Positions 50,571-64,000 of a stretch of DNA of 64,000 nucleotides are shown here, piece by piece (within the stretch, counting starts at the first letter, position 1; every line of letters starts with the position of its first letter). The translations under genes were made by a program, and so were the position numbers. Under the pieces are notes generated by a model. That model searched no databases and was not told the DNA's origin. It saw only the letters and a program-made list of their open reading frames with translations. The stretch is from Octopus sinensis. Lineage: Eukaryota. The stretch covers positions 92,938,001 to 93,002,000 of the forward strand of contig NC_042998.1 of the NCBI RefSeq assembly GCF_006345805.1. The letters are read 5' to 3'.

Positions 50571-52764
50571 TGAATTAATTTACTCATTAGTTTTCGACAT
50601 ATTTTTAAGTAATTTTGTTAAATGTATCTGTTAAAATGAGATGTCAGTGTTGTTTTCATTTTTGTGTAATTTAGACAGCAGTTTGTTTACCTCTTATATA
50701 TCAAAGGAAAAAAACAGCTAAGGTGGGGTAGAGTTGCATAATTTAAAACTTTGCCAAAAGAACAAAAGGATAAACAGATAAGAAAATAGATGCTTGACAA
50801 ATCAAAAGAAACTAACACACATATATATACACATATGTACACACACACACATGTATATACATATGTACACACACACTCACACACACACATACACACACAC
50901 ATACACATGTATATATTAAAAAGTGAAGAACTATTAAAACAAACGTTTTTGTATTGTATATAATTGTATTTTTTTTAAATGTTATTTTTAAATACCTCTT
51001 TCTGATAATTGTATTGAAATCTAGAATTGACCTATTTAAATAAAAGAGGTTTCACAAGTGCATCACCAGAAATTGTAAAATTAATCTAATCACTGGTAAC
51101 CTTATTCTTATTTTCTAACATGTAATCATATACTGATGTGATAAGTTTTGAGCTTCAAGATCATAACATTGTAACGGTAGAATAACAGTATATTGATTGC
51201 TGACTGATTTTTAATAGCTTAGTATCAAGTCATGTGATATATGCAAGAATAATCAGTAAAACAATTAATGAGAGGTTGGGTGGAGACGCTTAGTTGTCCT
51301 GATTTTATTGTAATTTATGTGGCTGTTGTTATTGTTATAGTAACAATGTGTGTACTACAGTAAAGCTGTATGCAATTCAGCAAAAAATTGTGACTTATTG
51401 AAAAGCCATTCTGATAATAAGTGAAATACTACAGATGATAAATCATTTGGTGAAGGTTAACGTCTAATGTATTTCCATAGTAACTATAATCATGGGAATT
51501 TTCTATGACATCAATGAACATTAAATATCTTTTTATGGATAAACTGGTTCGGTTCTGTAGTATTCATAATATCAACGGCATTCACTCACAAAATAGGATA
51601 ATGTATAAACTGCATTTATTTGCAGTATTTAAATAGATTGCTGAGTTACAATTTAAGCCATTTAATTCTAAACTTTCACTTTAATGTAAAACATAGTCAC
51701 AGGCAAGGCTTCACTAATCAACAACAAACTATTATCTCTCCATTTCTTCTTTTATTACAACAAAGGTTTTTGTCTTTCTGCTTTACTAAGCATTTACTAC
51801 AAGCTAGTGAAGGCTTATGGTCTAGTGGTTAGTATGTTGCACTCATGATTACAAGATCAGGGTTTCAATTCTGGACCGGGTGACGTGTTGTGTTTTTGAG
51901 CAAAACACTTCATTTCCTTTTACTCCAGTCCAATCAGCTATAAACGAATAACCCTTTAATGGACAGCATTCTATTCAAGGGGACGGATATCTCTAGTTCT
52001 AGGACATGAGACAGTCATACCCAGGGATTGATAGTGATGATGAGGATGACTACTGAATAAGTGACAGAGTGTGGTTTAGTGGTTAGGGATGTTCAGTTGG
52101 TAATCATAAGGTTGTGCATTCAATTCCTAAACTGGGTAATGTATTGTCTCATTGAATAAGGCATTACATTTCATGTTTCCCCAGTCTACTTAGCCAGGTG
52201 TTGGTGTAGCTCTCACTCTCCCTCTTCCTCTCTCCCCCTCTCTCTCTCTCTCACTCCCTTTCTCTCGATCCCTCCCCCTCTCCCTCTTTCTGTTGCATCT
52301 TAGAGAAGAGTCCCAAACATTTGATTATTCATTCAGCATGGCAGTTAACCCAGTTTTTTTTTGGTGTCATTTAGGTGCAAGCATTGACTGTGTGATTAAG
52401 AAGTTTGCTTCACAAACAAGTGGTTTCAGTTTTAGTCTCAGTGCACAGCATCTTGGACTTCTGCTGTAACCTCTTCATTGATTGACCAAGGCCTTTTGAG
52501 TGAGTTTAGTTTATGGAAACTGTGTGGAAGCTCATCACATATGTGTGCATACACACACATGCATACACACATAAACACATACATACATACATACATACAT
52601 ACATACATACAGACATACATACATACATACATACATACATACATACACATACATACATGCATACACACATATACACATATACATACACATACACCAACAT
52701 CCATACACATACATACATACACACATACATACACATACATACATACATACATACATACATACAT

Positions 52765-54247
52765 GATGGCCGTCCACTCGTGACCGAGGAAGACCATTGC
52801 CGACCTTCAGGAACATTGTGTGCTCTAGGACTAACTTATATTTTGCATTTGCGGCTCCATTGGTGGCTAATGAGCCCTGCTTTTGACAAGCATACACGAC
52901 CGCAAACATTGCAGACCAAGCTTTCCCCATTCACTATACGAGCCATGCGCTTTCGTGCAGCTCGCTTAAGTTCTTCATGCTGGATACGTGCTCTCTCAAA
53001 AGTGTCGATCCCCTCCTTAACCTGCTTCCTCCATCTGTGGCGATGACAGGCATTGTTCTCCCAGTCAGTGTCCTGTATATCAAAAGCCAATGGATGAAGA
53101 TAGGTGTGTGAAAAAGTGCCACACCCTGGCAGTTGAGGGGACCTGTGGAAGAGGTAGACCCAGGAAAACCTGGGTCAAGGTGGTGAAGCACGACCTTCGA
53201 ACTTTAGGTCTCAACAAGGAAATGACCAGAGACCGAGACCTATGGAAGTATGCTGTGCGCGAGAAGACCCGGCAAGACCAGTGAGAACAATCAAAATCAA
53301 ACCAAATCAAATCAAATCATATATCAGAAAGCAGAACCAAAATTGAGGTCGATCAACATCAGTGGGAATTGCAGCTGTGGTTAAGTGAACCATCCATTCG
53401 TGTCCGCTGCCAGCCTGGCCTGGCCCCCATGTCGGTGACACATAAAAGCACCATTCGTTCGTGGCCGTTTGCCAGCTCTGTCTGGCCCCCGTGTCGGTGG
53501 CACGTAAAAGCACCATCCATTCATGTCCGTTGCCAGCCTCGCCTGGCCCCCGTGCCGGTGACACGTAAAAGCACCATCCGTTCGTGGCCGTTTGCCAGCT
53601 CTGTCTGGCACCGTGTCGGTGGCACGTAAAAGCACCATCCGTTCGTGTCCATTGCCAGCCTCGCCTGGCCCCCGTGCCGGTGACACGTAAAAGCACCATC
53701 CATTCGTGGCTGTTTGCCAGCTCTGTCTGGCACCTGTGTGGGTGACACGTAAAAAGCACCCACTACACTCACGGAGTGGTTGGCGTTAGGAAAGGCATCC
53801 AGCCGTAGAAACACTGCCAGATCTGACTGGGCCTGACGAAGCCTTCCAGCTTCACAGACCCCAGTTGAACCGTCCAACCCATGCTAGCATGGAAAGCGGA
53901 CGCTAAATGATGATGATGATGATGATGATGATGAGGACTTGACACAGTCCTTAAATAGTAGCCTTGGTTTCTGCCGGAGTCTCCTTCCATTCACAAGTTC
54001 TCCATAGAGCATCTGCTTAGGAATCCTTCTATCCTCCATTCTAATAAGGTGTCCAGTCCAACACAACCGGTGCTTGTGTACCATCGCCTCAATACTCAAG
54101 ATATCAGCTGTCCTCAGGATCTGTGTGTCTGGAATTTTTGAGGTCCAGCCAACATTGAGAATGTGTCTGAAACATCTCTGATGAAAACGTTCAAGGACCC
54201 TTACCTGACGTTTGTACAGAGTCCATGTCTCATATGAGTAGAGAAGC
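52765..54247 (-). pseudogene. RTE (BovB-like) C-terminal ORF split by an oppositely oriented RTE 3' fragment
   Basis: LLYSYETWTLY...RFHQRCFRHIL...PKQMLYGEL...FKDCVKSS | LAFDIQDTDW...CNVCGRVCLSKAGLISH; (ATGT)n tail at ~52760. Confidence 0.88.
53093..53933 (+). mobile_element. 5'-truncated RTE 3' end (same family as 1-1270) with tandem 3' UTR array and (GAT)n tail
   Basis: DEDRCVKKCHTLAVEGTCGRGRPRKTW...REKTRQDQ*, ~60-bp tandem units at 53380-53760, tail module and (GAT)n. Confidence 0.88.
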
Positions 54248-56241
54248 GATATATATTCTATCAGCAAAGGAGACTTTTAGACTTATGTATGGAAGGAAAA
54301 CATAAGTATCAGGCTTGATATGATTGACTAAACCTTTGAAGATGGTACCTCAGCATGTTTGCAGCCCAATGACTGAAACAAGGAAAAAATAAATTAATTA
54401 ATGAAAAAACTTATCAAGGATGAGAGGCAGTGCCCATCAATCTTTATAGGCCTTCTTAGGCTAAGAGGGAAGGAGGGAGGAAAGAAGGAAAGATAAAGAA
54501 AGAAAAAGGAAAAGTATATTCAAACTGGAGACCAGATCTGAAAGCTTACTACAGAGTGAACTCTACTAAAAGCAACCAATAAATACAGTTAACCTATCCT
54601 ACTATGTGAAACCAAGGCAGCTGGCTGTAGGTATTGATGTATAAATATGATATTCAATATATATTTTCAAAAAAGTGGTGACCTGGTAGAAACGTTAGCA
54701 CGCTGGGCAAAATGCTTAGCGGTATTTCGTCTGTCTTCACATTCTTGAGTTCAAATTCCGCCGAGATTGACTTTGCCTTTCATCTCTTTGGGGTCAATAA
54801 GTTAAGTACAAGTTGCGTACTGGGGTTGATCTAATTGATTGGCTCCCTTCCCCAAAAGTTTGGGCTTTGAGCCTAGAGTAGAAGAGAATATATATTTTCA
54901 ATATAAGGTGGTGAAGTGACTGAATTTTTAGCATGCTGGGCAACATGCTCAGCAGTTTTTTCCCCCATCTTTACATCCTGAGTTCAAATTCTACTGAGGT
55001 TGATATTGTCTTTCACCCTTTCAGGGTCAATAAAGTAAGTACTAACTGAACGCTGGGGTTGATGTAATCAATTTAACCCCATCTCTGAAGTTGCTGGCTT
55101 TGTGCCAAAATTTGAAACCAGTATGTATCTTCAATTCAGTGTTCATGCCTACATGGATCTTGGGTAATGAGTGAAAGAATACAGTTGTGAATACAAGAGT
55201 CAGAAATGGGGTTCCTCTGAAGTGTCTTAGGAGTAATGTTACTCCATAGAGTGTGTGTAGCTCAGAGATCAATGAGGTGCTCCAATTAAAGCCACTATTT
55301 CTTTGAACTGAGATATCATAGCTCCAATACTACAGACATGTAGTAAAAAGAATTACTGGACAGGAGACCAAGGAGCAGACTATGAACAAGATAGTTGGAT
55401 AACATACATGATCTCAGTTAGTCTCACTTGGGAATCCAGCCAGTTCAATTGGAGATGGCTGCTTCAGACAAGACCCAAGAGAAGGCATGCTCCCTCAACT
55501 TTCACTGAAACAAGTGGGCAAAGAAGATTATATTAGATAAATACATAAACATTGAATGTTAAATTAAGGTTATTTTAATACCAGTTTAAGGATAACACTT
55601 GAACATTTAGTTATTGGGTGAAACCATTTTAAGAATTGAGTCAAATTTATTGTGAAGATCCTGTGGACTGAGTCTTTACTATGCACTGACATTAATGAAT
55701 AAACCAGAAAAATTACTATTTAATATGGTATATGTCTAGTATATAATGCAGAAAAACTACAACTGGGAATTGTCTGTGAAGAAAACAGACTTTATAGAAA
55801 GCTGAAGTAGAGATATGACAAATAAATTCTTAGGCAAGGCAGGTAAAAAGAACTCCATTGAAATACTTTGCTCACTGAGGAATGAAATCAACTTATCAGT
55901 TAACATTTTTTTCTGAAATTGAACTATTTCAGGCTGTCAGGTATTTGTTGAAAACACCGATGATATTGATGTTTCCCATTATAATCATGGAGCTAAAACT
56001 GACTGAGGATTTGTGTATTGACTTCATCTGGTCTAGAATAAAGAAAAAAAATTGATAGCAAATGTTTCTAAGAAATATTATAAAGATTTTTATATCATTG
56101 TTTAGTTTTCAAATGCTAATACTGTTAATGATTGTGAATTTAATGTTTTACATACAACTATCCTGTTTTTATCTGTGACATTCTTGTGTCTGCTTGTCTA
56201 AAGTAACAGATTGATTGTCTGAAATATTGTGGTTATTTCAG

Positions 56242-56295
56242 GTGCTACCTTGATTGCACTGGGAACAGTATTACAACTCTATCTCTGTGATCAAG
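56242..56295 (+). CDS. Candidate internal host exon (54 nt, phase 1/1) encoding a hydrophobic stretch
   Basis: ggttatttcAG|GTGCTACC...GATCAAG|GTatgg; only one open frame, (G)ATLIALGTVLQLYLCDQ(G); unique non-repeat context. No homology recognised. Confidence 0.3.
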
Positions 56296-58460
56296 GTATG
56301 GCTGAAGCATGGTTGGGATGGCTGGGGTGTCTTAGTATTTGTGTTAGAACCGAGGAATTGGATAACAATGAAGGGAGTGGGAATAAAATCACATTCTTAC
56401 ATCTCGATTTCTGATTGTTCCTCATTAATCTTTCATTGGGTTATAAGTTTATAACTTACTATCTAAAACTTCATAACTGTGGTAAAACGTCTTATGTCAT
56501 TGTATTACATCCGAGAGAGTATATTTCCTCCTCCTTTTCTTTCTTCCCACCTCGTTGTTGTCATTGTCAGCATTGTCATCATCATCATCGTCGTCATCAT
56601 CATCATCATCATCCTCCTCATCATCATCATCATCATCATCATCATCGCTGTCGTTGTCATCGTCCTTGTCGTCGTCGTCGTCATCGTCATCATCATCATC
56701 ATCATCATTGCCATCATCAACTGATTCAAATTAGAAACTGCCATATAAGAAATAAAATTAAAAAGAAAAAAGCATTTCACTAATGATGTTACACTAAGAA
56801 TTAGAAACTATGACCTTTCTGTTGAGATAAGAAAATACATATTGAAGAATTCTGAATTTCATAAAATGACCCCCTCTTGTAGACTGCAAATAATTCTTTT
56901 GTTTAAGACAAATCAATTGAGAACCAATGCAAATATTATTATCAGTGATTGAGTGAAGGTGCGTTCATTATTGGAAATTCGAGAAGGAAAGATCACGCCA
57001 TAGATTTGGTAGATTGGAGACATGATGATTCATATGAGTCTGGTAAATAAGCTTGTAGATGATTCTTCGGTAAAGATGTAAAGTATTGGAGAATTTCAAA
57101 CAATACACTGAAACTTTGGAAAATCATCATCATCATCATCATTATCCTTATCATCATCATCACCATCTTTGTGGTCATCGTCGTCGTTGTCATCATCATC
57201 ATCATCATCATCATCATAAGCACCAGCATCACCACCACCACTATCCATCATCATCATCATTGTCGTTAATCATCATTGCCATCATCATTTTAGCATCCAC
57301 TCTTCTATGCTTGCAGGGGTTGGATGGAGTTTATAGAAGCAGATTTTCTTCAGCCAGATGCTCTTCCCATTTCAACCCTCACCTATTTCCAAGTAGGGCA
57401 TCATTTTCTTGTGACTGGATGTGTTTTGGAAGATTGGAAATGAAAGACACTGCTTACATGGCAGTGACACTCACTTACAACTATCATGTGATGTCACACA
57501 CCAAGGAGACAATGACATGCATGCATGAATACGCACAGGTACACACACACACACGTATATATGTGACAGGCTTCTCTATGTTTCTGCCTACCAAATTCAT
57601 TCACATGGCTGCAGTTAGCCTAGCACTGTAGTAGAAGATGCTTGCTGAAAGTGCCACACTGTGGGACTGAACCCGAAACCATGTGGCTGGGAATCAAACT
57701 TCTTACCACATAGCCATGTTTACAAAATATACTGGAAAAATTAGAAAGTAAATCACAAGATATTCTTTTCTACTCTAGGCACAAGGACTGACATTTTTGG
57801 GGAGGAGGCCAGTTGACTAAATCGACACCAGTACGCAACGGGTACTTAATTTATCGACCCTGAGAGGATGAAAGGCAAAGTCGGCTTCAGCAGAATTTGA
57901 ACTCAGAACGTAAAGACAGACGAGATACCGCTAAACATTTTGCTCGCCATACTAATGATTCTGCCAGCTCACTGCCTTGTAAATCACAAGATGTTGATTT
58001 GCTTATAGGCTTTTATATGCTTGGTCAAAACTAATGTAATCCAAATTGTAAAGTTGACAAGAAGAAATGTAAATAGTTGCTCCTTTTAGTCGTTGCCTTC
58101 TCAAACTGACCTGAAGTTGTTAATTTCAGATAGAGATCAAGTTAAATAGTTAAAAAGGCATTATGCTATCCCGCAGCAAATCTGGCAAACTAACAAAATA
58201 CACATTGTGTATGTACAACCGATAGTGTTTACATCACTCATGCTGTTTTGAATTCATTATTGAACTTAATCTTACATGTTCATCACCATGGCACATCATC
58301 AAATATTTTTTTATATATAGTCATACATTGGTGGTTCTATTTGTCTCCTGTTTGATTAAGGTATGTGATGTTGATAAGACACAAAAATGGTAAAATATCA
58401 GTATCCTGCACTCCTGAATTCAATCTAGGTTGAATTGTGTTCCCTGTCTATGACTTTCAG

Positions 58461-58516
58461 GTGTTTTAACACACAGGGTTATAAGAGAGTTCTCCCCAAG
58501 TGCTCCCCCACAGTGA
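58461..58516 (+). CDS. Candidate terminal coding exon in phase with 56242-56295
   Basis: tatgactttcAG|GTGTTTTA...CCACAGTGA gives (G)VLTHRVIREFSPSAPPQ*. Confidence 0.25.
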
Positions 58517-58633
58517 ATCTGGTGAACAACCAAAATATATATATATTGAGTATGTGCGATTGATAATGCTTACATCACTAATGCTGCTTTTAATTCATTA
58601 GTGAATATATACATATATATACATATGTATGTA

Positions 58634-58675
<42 letters not shown>

Positions 58676-59122
58676 TATACATGTATACACACATACATAC
58701 ACATACATATATATAGGCACAGGAGTATATAGGTGCAGGAGTGTATTTGTGTATTTTTATTCACTCTGGTAAAGTTCCATGTTCCAGATTGGATGTGTTA
58801 CAAAATATGACAAATATTATTCTCAGAATTTTCAATGACAACACCGTTGGACATTGGAAGCAGAAATGGCTGTTAGATTGGATAAAGTTTTGTATTAAAA
58901 AATAATAATCAATGTTAGTCAATTGTTGTTGATCAAGATTTCTCCCTTTTCTGCTTAATTTAAATTTGATTCCTGATAAACTCATGTTTATCTTTGTCAT
59001 TGCCTGTATCCTATGAGTATAATATGCTTGCATATGTATGCCCAGGGTTAACATAAGTAATTATACTGGTAGTAAAATGGATATTTTTATCCCTCAAATC
59101 ATTATTCCAACCTCTAACTATG

Positions 59123-59168
<46 letters not shown>

Positions 59169-59226
59169 GTGTGTGTGTGTATGTGTATATGTATGTATGT
59201 ATATATATATATATATATTATATATA

Positions 59227-59298
<72 letters not shown>

Positions 59299-59949
59299 GC
59301 ACACATATATGACAGGCTTCTACACAGTTTCCATCTACGAAATTCACTCACAAAGCATTAGTTGACCCAAGCTTATCATAAAAGATACTTACTCAAAGTA
59401 CAGCACAGTGGGAAGTATACTCTTTCAAAATAGATCTCCTTAAAGAATGTTTGTTGACATGACAAATCATTAAACACCTACTAAATGAAGGGAAAGAAAA
59501 GATGGCACTGTTGATAAGGTATAGATTAAAGTATTGAAAATCTCATTGTTTAGTTGATTCAAAGAGTTATGTTACAAAGTTATCAATACATTCCCTAAGC
59601 TGGAAGGTGACAATGTCCTTTTACATATGTTTGCTGGCAGATATGAACACCATTGATTTATCTTTGAAGCATGAAGAAATTTGATGCATGAGTTATGGAA
59701 GGAAAAGAAAAAAATCAGAACTCTATAGTGGTAAGATTCTTTTAAATGATTGATTTAAACACTGCTCATTTCTCTTTATCTTTTAGTCAGGAAAGGATGG
59801 CAGTGATCATGACCCTTTAGACAGCCTCTGTAACTGGTAGGAGGGAGGGAAGAAGGTATTTTTTAAACTGGAAACCTGTCCTGAATGCTAACAACAGTAG
59901 TCATTTAAGCCTTTTGCTCCCTGTTGAGCATAAGCCATGGACAAAATTT

Positions 59950-60215
59950 CACTACTGCTCTTGATTCTGGGCTGTCTTTCCTCTCCCAGGTCTTGCCGGT
60001 TTCACTTGTCATTAATACTTCTGTAACTTTGCTTTTTACAAGGTAGGGCTGTCAGTCCTACACAAATCTAATTTTCCTTCTGCAAAGAGGTGGTCCGTAT
60101 TAGTCTGACATCTATCCTTTGACCTGTCTAGGATGGAAGGCCCCCATCAGGAGCTGGCACTCAACTGGCATTACTTTTGAGGTCATTGAAGTACACAAGC
60201 CATGACACTACAACA
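59950..60215 (-). mobile_element. Decayed RTE/Expander-like 5' UTR fragment
   Basis: ctttgacctgtctaggatgg...caggagctggcac...ggtcattgaagtacacaagcc resembles the reverse complement of RTE 5' UTRs recalled from memory. Confidence 0.35.
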
Positions 60216-61349
60216 TAGACTGGACTTTGTGGTGATTACTAAAATAAAAGCATTCAAAGTACCAAGTCCTAAACCAGGCAATGGATTAAGTGTACCATTC
60301 AAGTATACCCTGGCAAAATTTGAACTCAGAATTCAAAGAACTGGAACATATCCAGTGATTTTACAGTTTGACTAATCAAACACTGGATTGATTTGTTTAT
60401 TTAATCCTGAAGAGATAAATAAGTTGACTCCAGTAAGATTTGAACTCAGAGTGAAAAAAGCTGGAATATCTACTGAAAAGCATTTGACTCAATATTTGAA
60501 CAGTTCTACCAATTCATCATACCACTTTGGTATGTTTTAGCAACCTTGAAAGGATAAATAACAGAGTTGACCTCAGCAGGATTTGAACTCATATCATAGA
60601 GATTCAGGAGAAATACTGTGAAGTATGGTATCTGACACTCAAGCAACTTTTAAACCTGACTCTTTACAGTACTTTTTATTTATTTACACAGAGTAGATCT
60701 TCCTTAGGTAGCAGGAAATATATTAGTTTAGGGAATACTGTATTGTTTTCATATGCTAATGTTATTAATAATTTTCACATATAGATTTCTGAACATATGT
60801 TTATATCTTGTTGGTCAATTGAGTATGGGAAGATGGGTATCTTTTTTCCTTTTGATATGTTAATTTGTTTGTGATTAATACATAGAGCTGCATTTAAATG
60901 TGTAGATGCATAAAATTAAATTTGTATATATTAATTTCTGTTTATAACAGACACACTAATCTTTTATACTTTTGCTTGTTTCAGACATTGGACTGTTGTG
61001 ACCATACTGGAGCACCATTTTACAAAGCTAAGATGAACAAATTGACTCCAGCATTTATTTTAAGTTTGGTACTTATTTTATTTTGCTTATTAGTTGAACC
61101 ACTAAGTCACAAGGATGTAAACAAAGCAATACTTGTTGTCAAGCATTGGCAGTGACAAACACAAAACTGAAGACACACACATATATACACATGTATACAA
61201 GCAAACACAAACACATATGTACACATTCACATACACAATCACACACATTTACACACACACATACACACATAAACACCCCCCCACACACACACATGACAAG
61301 CTTCTCACAGTTTCATCTACTAAATTCATTCACAAGATATTGGTTAAAC

Positions 61350-61650
61350 CAGTGCTTCTCAAACTATCTGGTGTGGCGTACTGGCAGTATTTTTTCCAAT
61401 GTGCCAGGGACCAGTAATATTTCTTAGTAATATCAATTTATACTGGAAACAATATATATAATGGATATAATAAAAGTTGACAAATTTTTTAAATCTTATA
61501 TTTATTTTGTAAACAAATAATACAATATCATATAAGAATTTTATAAGCATTTTATAATATTTCTTTCTTTTCTAGTAACTTGCCACATACTGGCAGCCAA
61601 TGGCTCATGGACTGGTATCGGTCCGCATACCACCACTTTGAGTAGCACTG
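61350..61650. mobile_element. hAT-type MITE inserted in a SINE
   Basis: CAGTGCTTCTCAAA ... TTTGAGTAGCACTG termini; 8-bp flanks ggttaaac/gattagac (6/8); SINE sequence continues on both sides. Confidence 0.75.
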
Positions 61651-62796
61651 GATTAGACCATTACTATAACAGAAGACAGTAAAGTGGCAAGCTGGCAGAA
61701 ACGTTAGCCCGGCGGACGAAATGCGTAGCCGTATTTCGTCATTATGTTCCAAGTTCAAATTTCGGGGTCGATAAATTAAGTACCAGTTACGCACTGGGGT
61801 CGATGTTATTGACTTAATCCCTTTGTCTGTCCTTGTTTGTCCCCTCTGTGTTTAGCCCCTTGTGTTACTCAGGTGCTGCATTGTGGGAGCAAACCTGAAA
61901 CTGCATGGTTCCAAAGCATACCTGTGTCTGCCGATGAAATATAAAAAAAAAGGTTTCCTCTCAGTAAACATTCATAAATTCATAAAATTCAGTGAATATT
62001 GGAAAGTAAATAAGTAACAAAAGTTATCTACATAATTATACTGCTTCTCATTGAGACTAATTTACATATTCTTTAATAATGTGAAAAGACCAAATGCCAT
62101 AATTATAAAAAATATGGAGGTTAAGTAGCTTGAGTTTTGTAGATATCTGAAGTTCTAAGCTGCTCATATGTTAGTATAAGTCATTTAGGGTTAGCTATTA
62201 TTACTTTCAAATTATAGCACAAGTTCAACAACTTTTAGGGAGAGAGTAAGTTGATAACATTGGCCCCAATGCTCAACTGTTACCTATTATATCGATCTCG
62301 AAAGGGTGAAAGGCAAAGTTGACTTTGGTGGAATTTGAGCTCAGAACATAAAGACAAACAAAATATTGCTTAGTATTTTGCCTGGTATGCTAACAATTCT
62401 GCCAGCTCACCGATTTAAAGGTTAACTATTATTAATTGACATTTTAAAATACTGTCCACTTGACAGAGCTTTTAGAGTAGCTTATTATCTCCAGGTATTC
62501 CAGTTTTGATGGCTTTGTTTTAGTGGGGTTTTTTTCCCTCTGCTTTGATACAAGCATGGCTATAGATGCAGGCATAGCAATGTAGTTAAGTAATTTACTT
62601 GCCAACCACGTGGTTTTGGGTTCAATCCGACTGTGTAGGATCTTGGGCAAATGTCTTCAGCTATAGTCTCCAGACTGACCAAAACCTTATAAGTGGATTT
62701 TGTAGATGGAGACTGTAAAAACATGCACACCTGCAAGCATATGAGCATGTATGTATGTATGTATGTATGTATGTATGTATGTATGTATATATGTAT

Positions 62797-62847
<51 letters not shown>

Positions 62848-62896
62848 GTGTATGTGTGTGTGTGTGTGTGTATTAACCAAATTTTATAGCATTAAG

Positions 62897-63581
62897 TATT
62901 CCTCATGGCTGGTCTTACCAATCGGTTTTGTGCAAAAATACAATTGAATGTTAGGTAACAATCCAATTATACAATTACACTCATCAGAGGTAGCCAATAT
63001 GGAAGGGAATATGGTGATTGCTGTATATTGTCAGAGGCGGATAAGCATAACTGGTCAGCAGCTGCTGCAAAAAATGTGGTTTCTGCCAAAACCCTGTGAT
63101 TGGATTTGGTAGACAGAAACTGAAAGAAGGCCACTGTACATACATACACACACACACACACACACATATGTTCGTGTGTGTGTCCCAACACCATTTGACA
63201 ATAGGTGTTGGTGTCTTTACATCCCCACAATTTAGCAGTTCAGCAAAAGAGACCAATAGAATAAGTACCCGGTTTAAAAAAATATAAAAGTACTGTGGTC
63301 GATTGATTTGACTAAAGTTGTTCATGGTGGTGCTCCAGCCTAGCCACCATCTAATGACTGAAACAAGTAAAAGGATAAAGGAATATTTATATATGAAACC
63401 ACATTTTTTGCAGCGGCTGCTGACCAGTTATGCTTATCCGCCTCTGACAATATACAGCAATCACCATATTCCCTTCCATATTGGCTACCTCTGATGAGTG
63501 TAATTGTATAATTGGATTGTTACCTAACATTCAATTGTATTTTTGCACAAAACCAATTGGTAAGACCAGCCATGAGGAATA
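62897..63581. repeat. 187-bp near-perfect inverted repeat with 311-bp spacer
   Basis: 62897-63083 vs 63395-63581: 185/187 complementary; both differences at CpG positions. Confidence 0.93.
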
Positions 63582-63699
63582 TATATATTTATATATTTAT
63601 TTATATATGAATGCATATTACAACATGTGCATGTGTATGTATATGTGTGTGTGTATGTTTGTATCCCTTTGGCTTTATGTTATGTGAGAGTTATGTGAA

Positions 63700-64000
63700 G
63701 GCACATGGCTCAGTGTTTAGAGCATCGGGTTCACAATCATGAGATAGTGAGTTCGATTCCTGGACCAGGTTGTGTTGCATTCTTGAGCAAGACACTTTAT
63801 TTCACATTACTTCAGTTCACTCAGCTGTCGAAATAAATTGCAACATCACTGGTACCAAGCTGTATCAGCCTTTGGATAACACCAGTGGTATGGAAAGGGG
63901 AGGCTGGTATACATGGGCAACTGCTGGTCTTCCATAAACAACCTTGCTCAGACTTGTGCCTTGGAGGGGAACTTTCTAGATGCAATCCCATGGACATTTA
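63700..64000 (+). mobile_element. tRNA-headed SINE
   Basis: A-box-like TGGCTCAGTGTTTAG and B-box-like GTTCGATTCC, then cttgagcaagacactttatttcac; related copies at ~51810-51960 and 52070-52200. Confidence 0.65.

Noticed and set aside
56415-57631. Poly-His / poly-Met / poly-Ile ORFs (also 49546-49930)
   Set aside because: (CAT)n/(GAT)n triplet repeats, largely retroposon tails; no protein-like flanks.
63700-63770. tRNA gene candidates (also ~51810-51880 and SINE heads elsewhere)
   Set aside because: A/B-box remnants without a complete cloverleaf, continuing into SINE bodies.

Overview
AT-rich eukaryotic genomic DNA saturated with microsatellites ((TA)n, (CA)n, (TACA)n, (TCTA)n, (CAT)n). The interspersed repeat families look like those of Octopus (coleoid cephalopod); this attribution is recognition from memory, not a database result. 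No complete protein-coding gene is visible and nearly all ORFs in the supplied track are microsatellite read-throughs. The window is mainly decayed mobile DNA: RTE and R4/Dong-type (RLE) LINE fragments, at least three SINE-like families, Tc1 (DD34E, D36E) and DD37D transposase relics, MITEs, a non-autonomous Helitron, Penelope-like (PLE) fragments and two divergent solo-LTR-like cassettes. The best signals outside the ORF track are: (1) six hammerhead-ribozyme motifs of at least four architectures, most with a palindromic (dimer-type) stem III, one overlapping the stop codon of a GIY-YIG ORF; (2) a 1-kb microsatellite-embedded element with 145-bp direct repeats (retrozyme/PLE-like); (3) two ~0.95-kb TGTAG...CTACA cassettes with CCAAT/TATA promoters and a strand-specific terminal RNA hairpin preserved between copies; (4) an RLE LINE with (TACA)n at every visible junction, suggesting microsatellite targeting; (5) a Tc1 transposase with an apparent spliceosomal intron; (6) a 187-bp near-perfect inverted repeat; (7) a visibly CpG-richer domain at about 20-39 kb. 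A few candidate host exons are given at low confidence.
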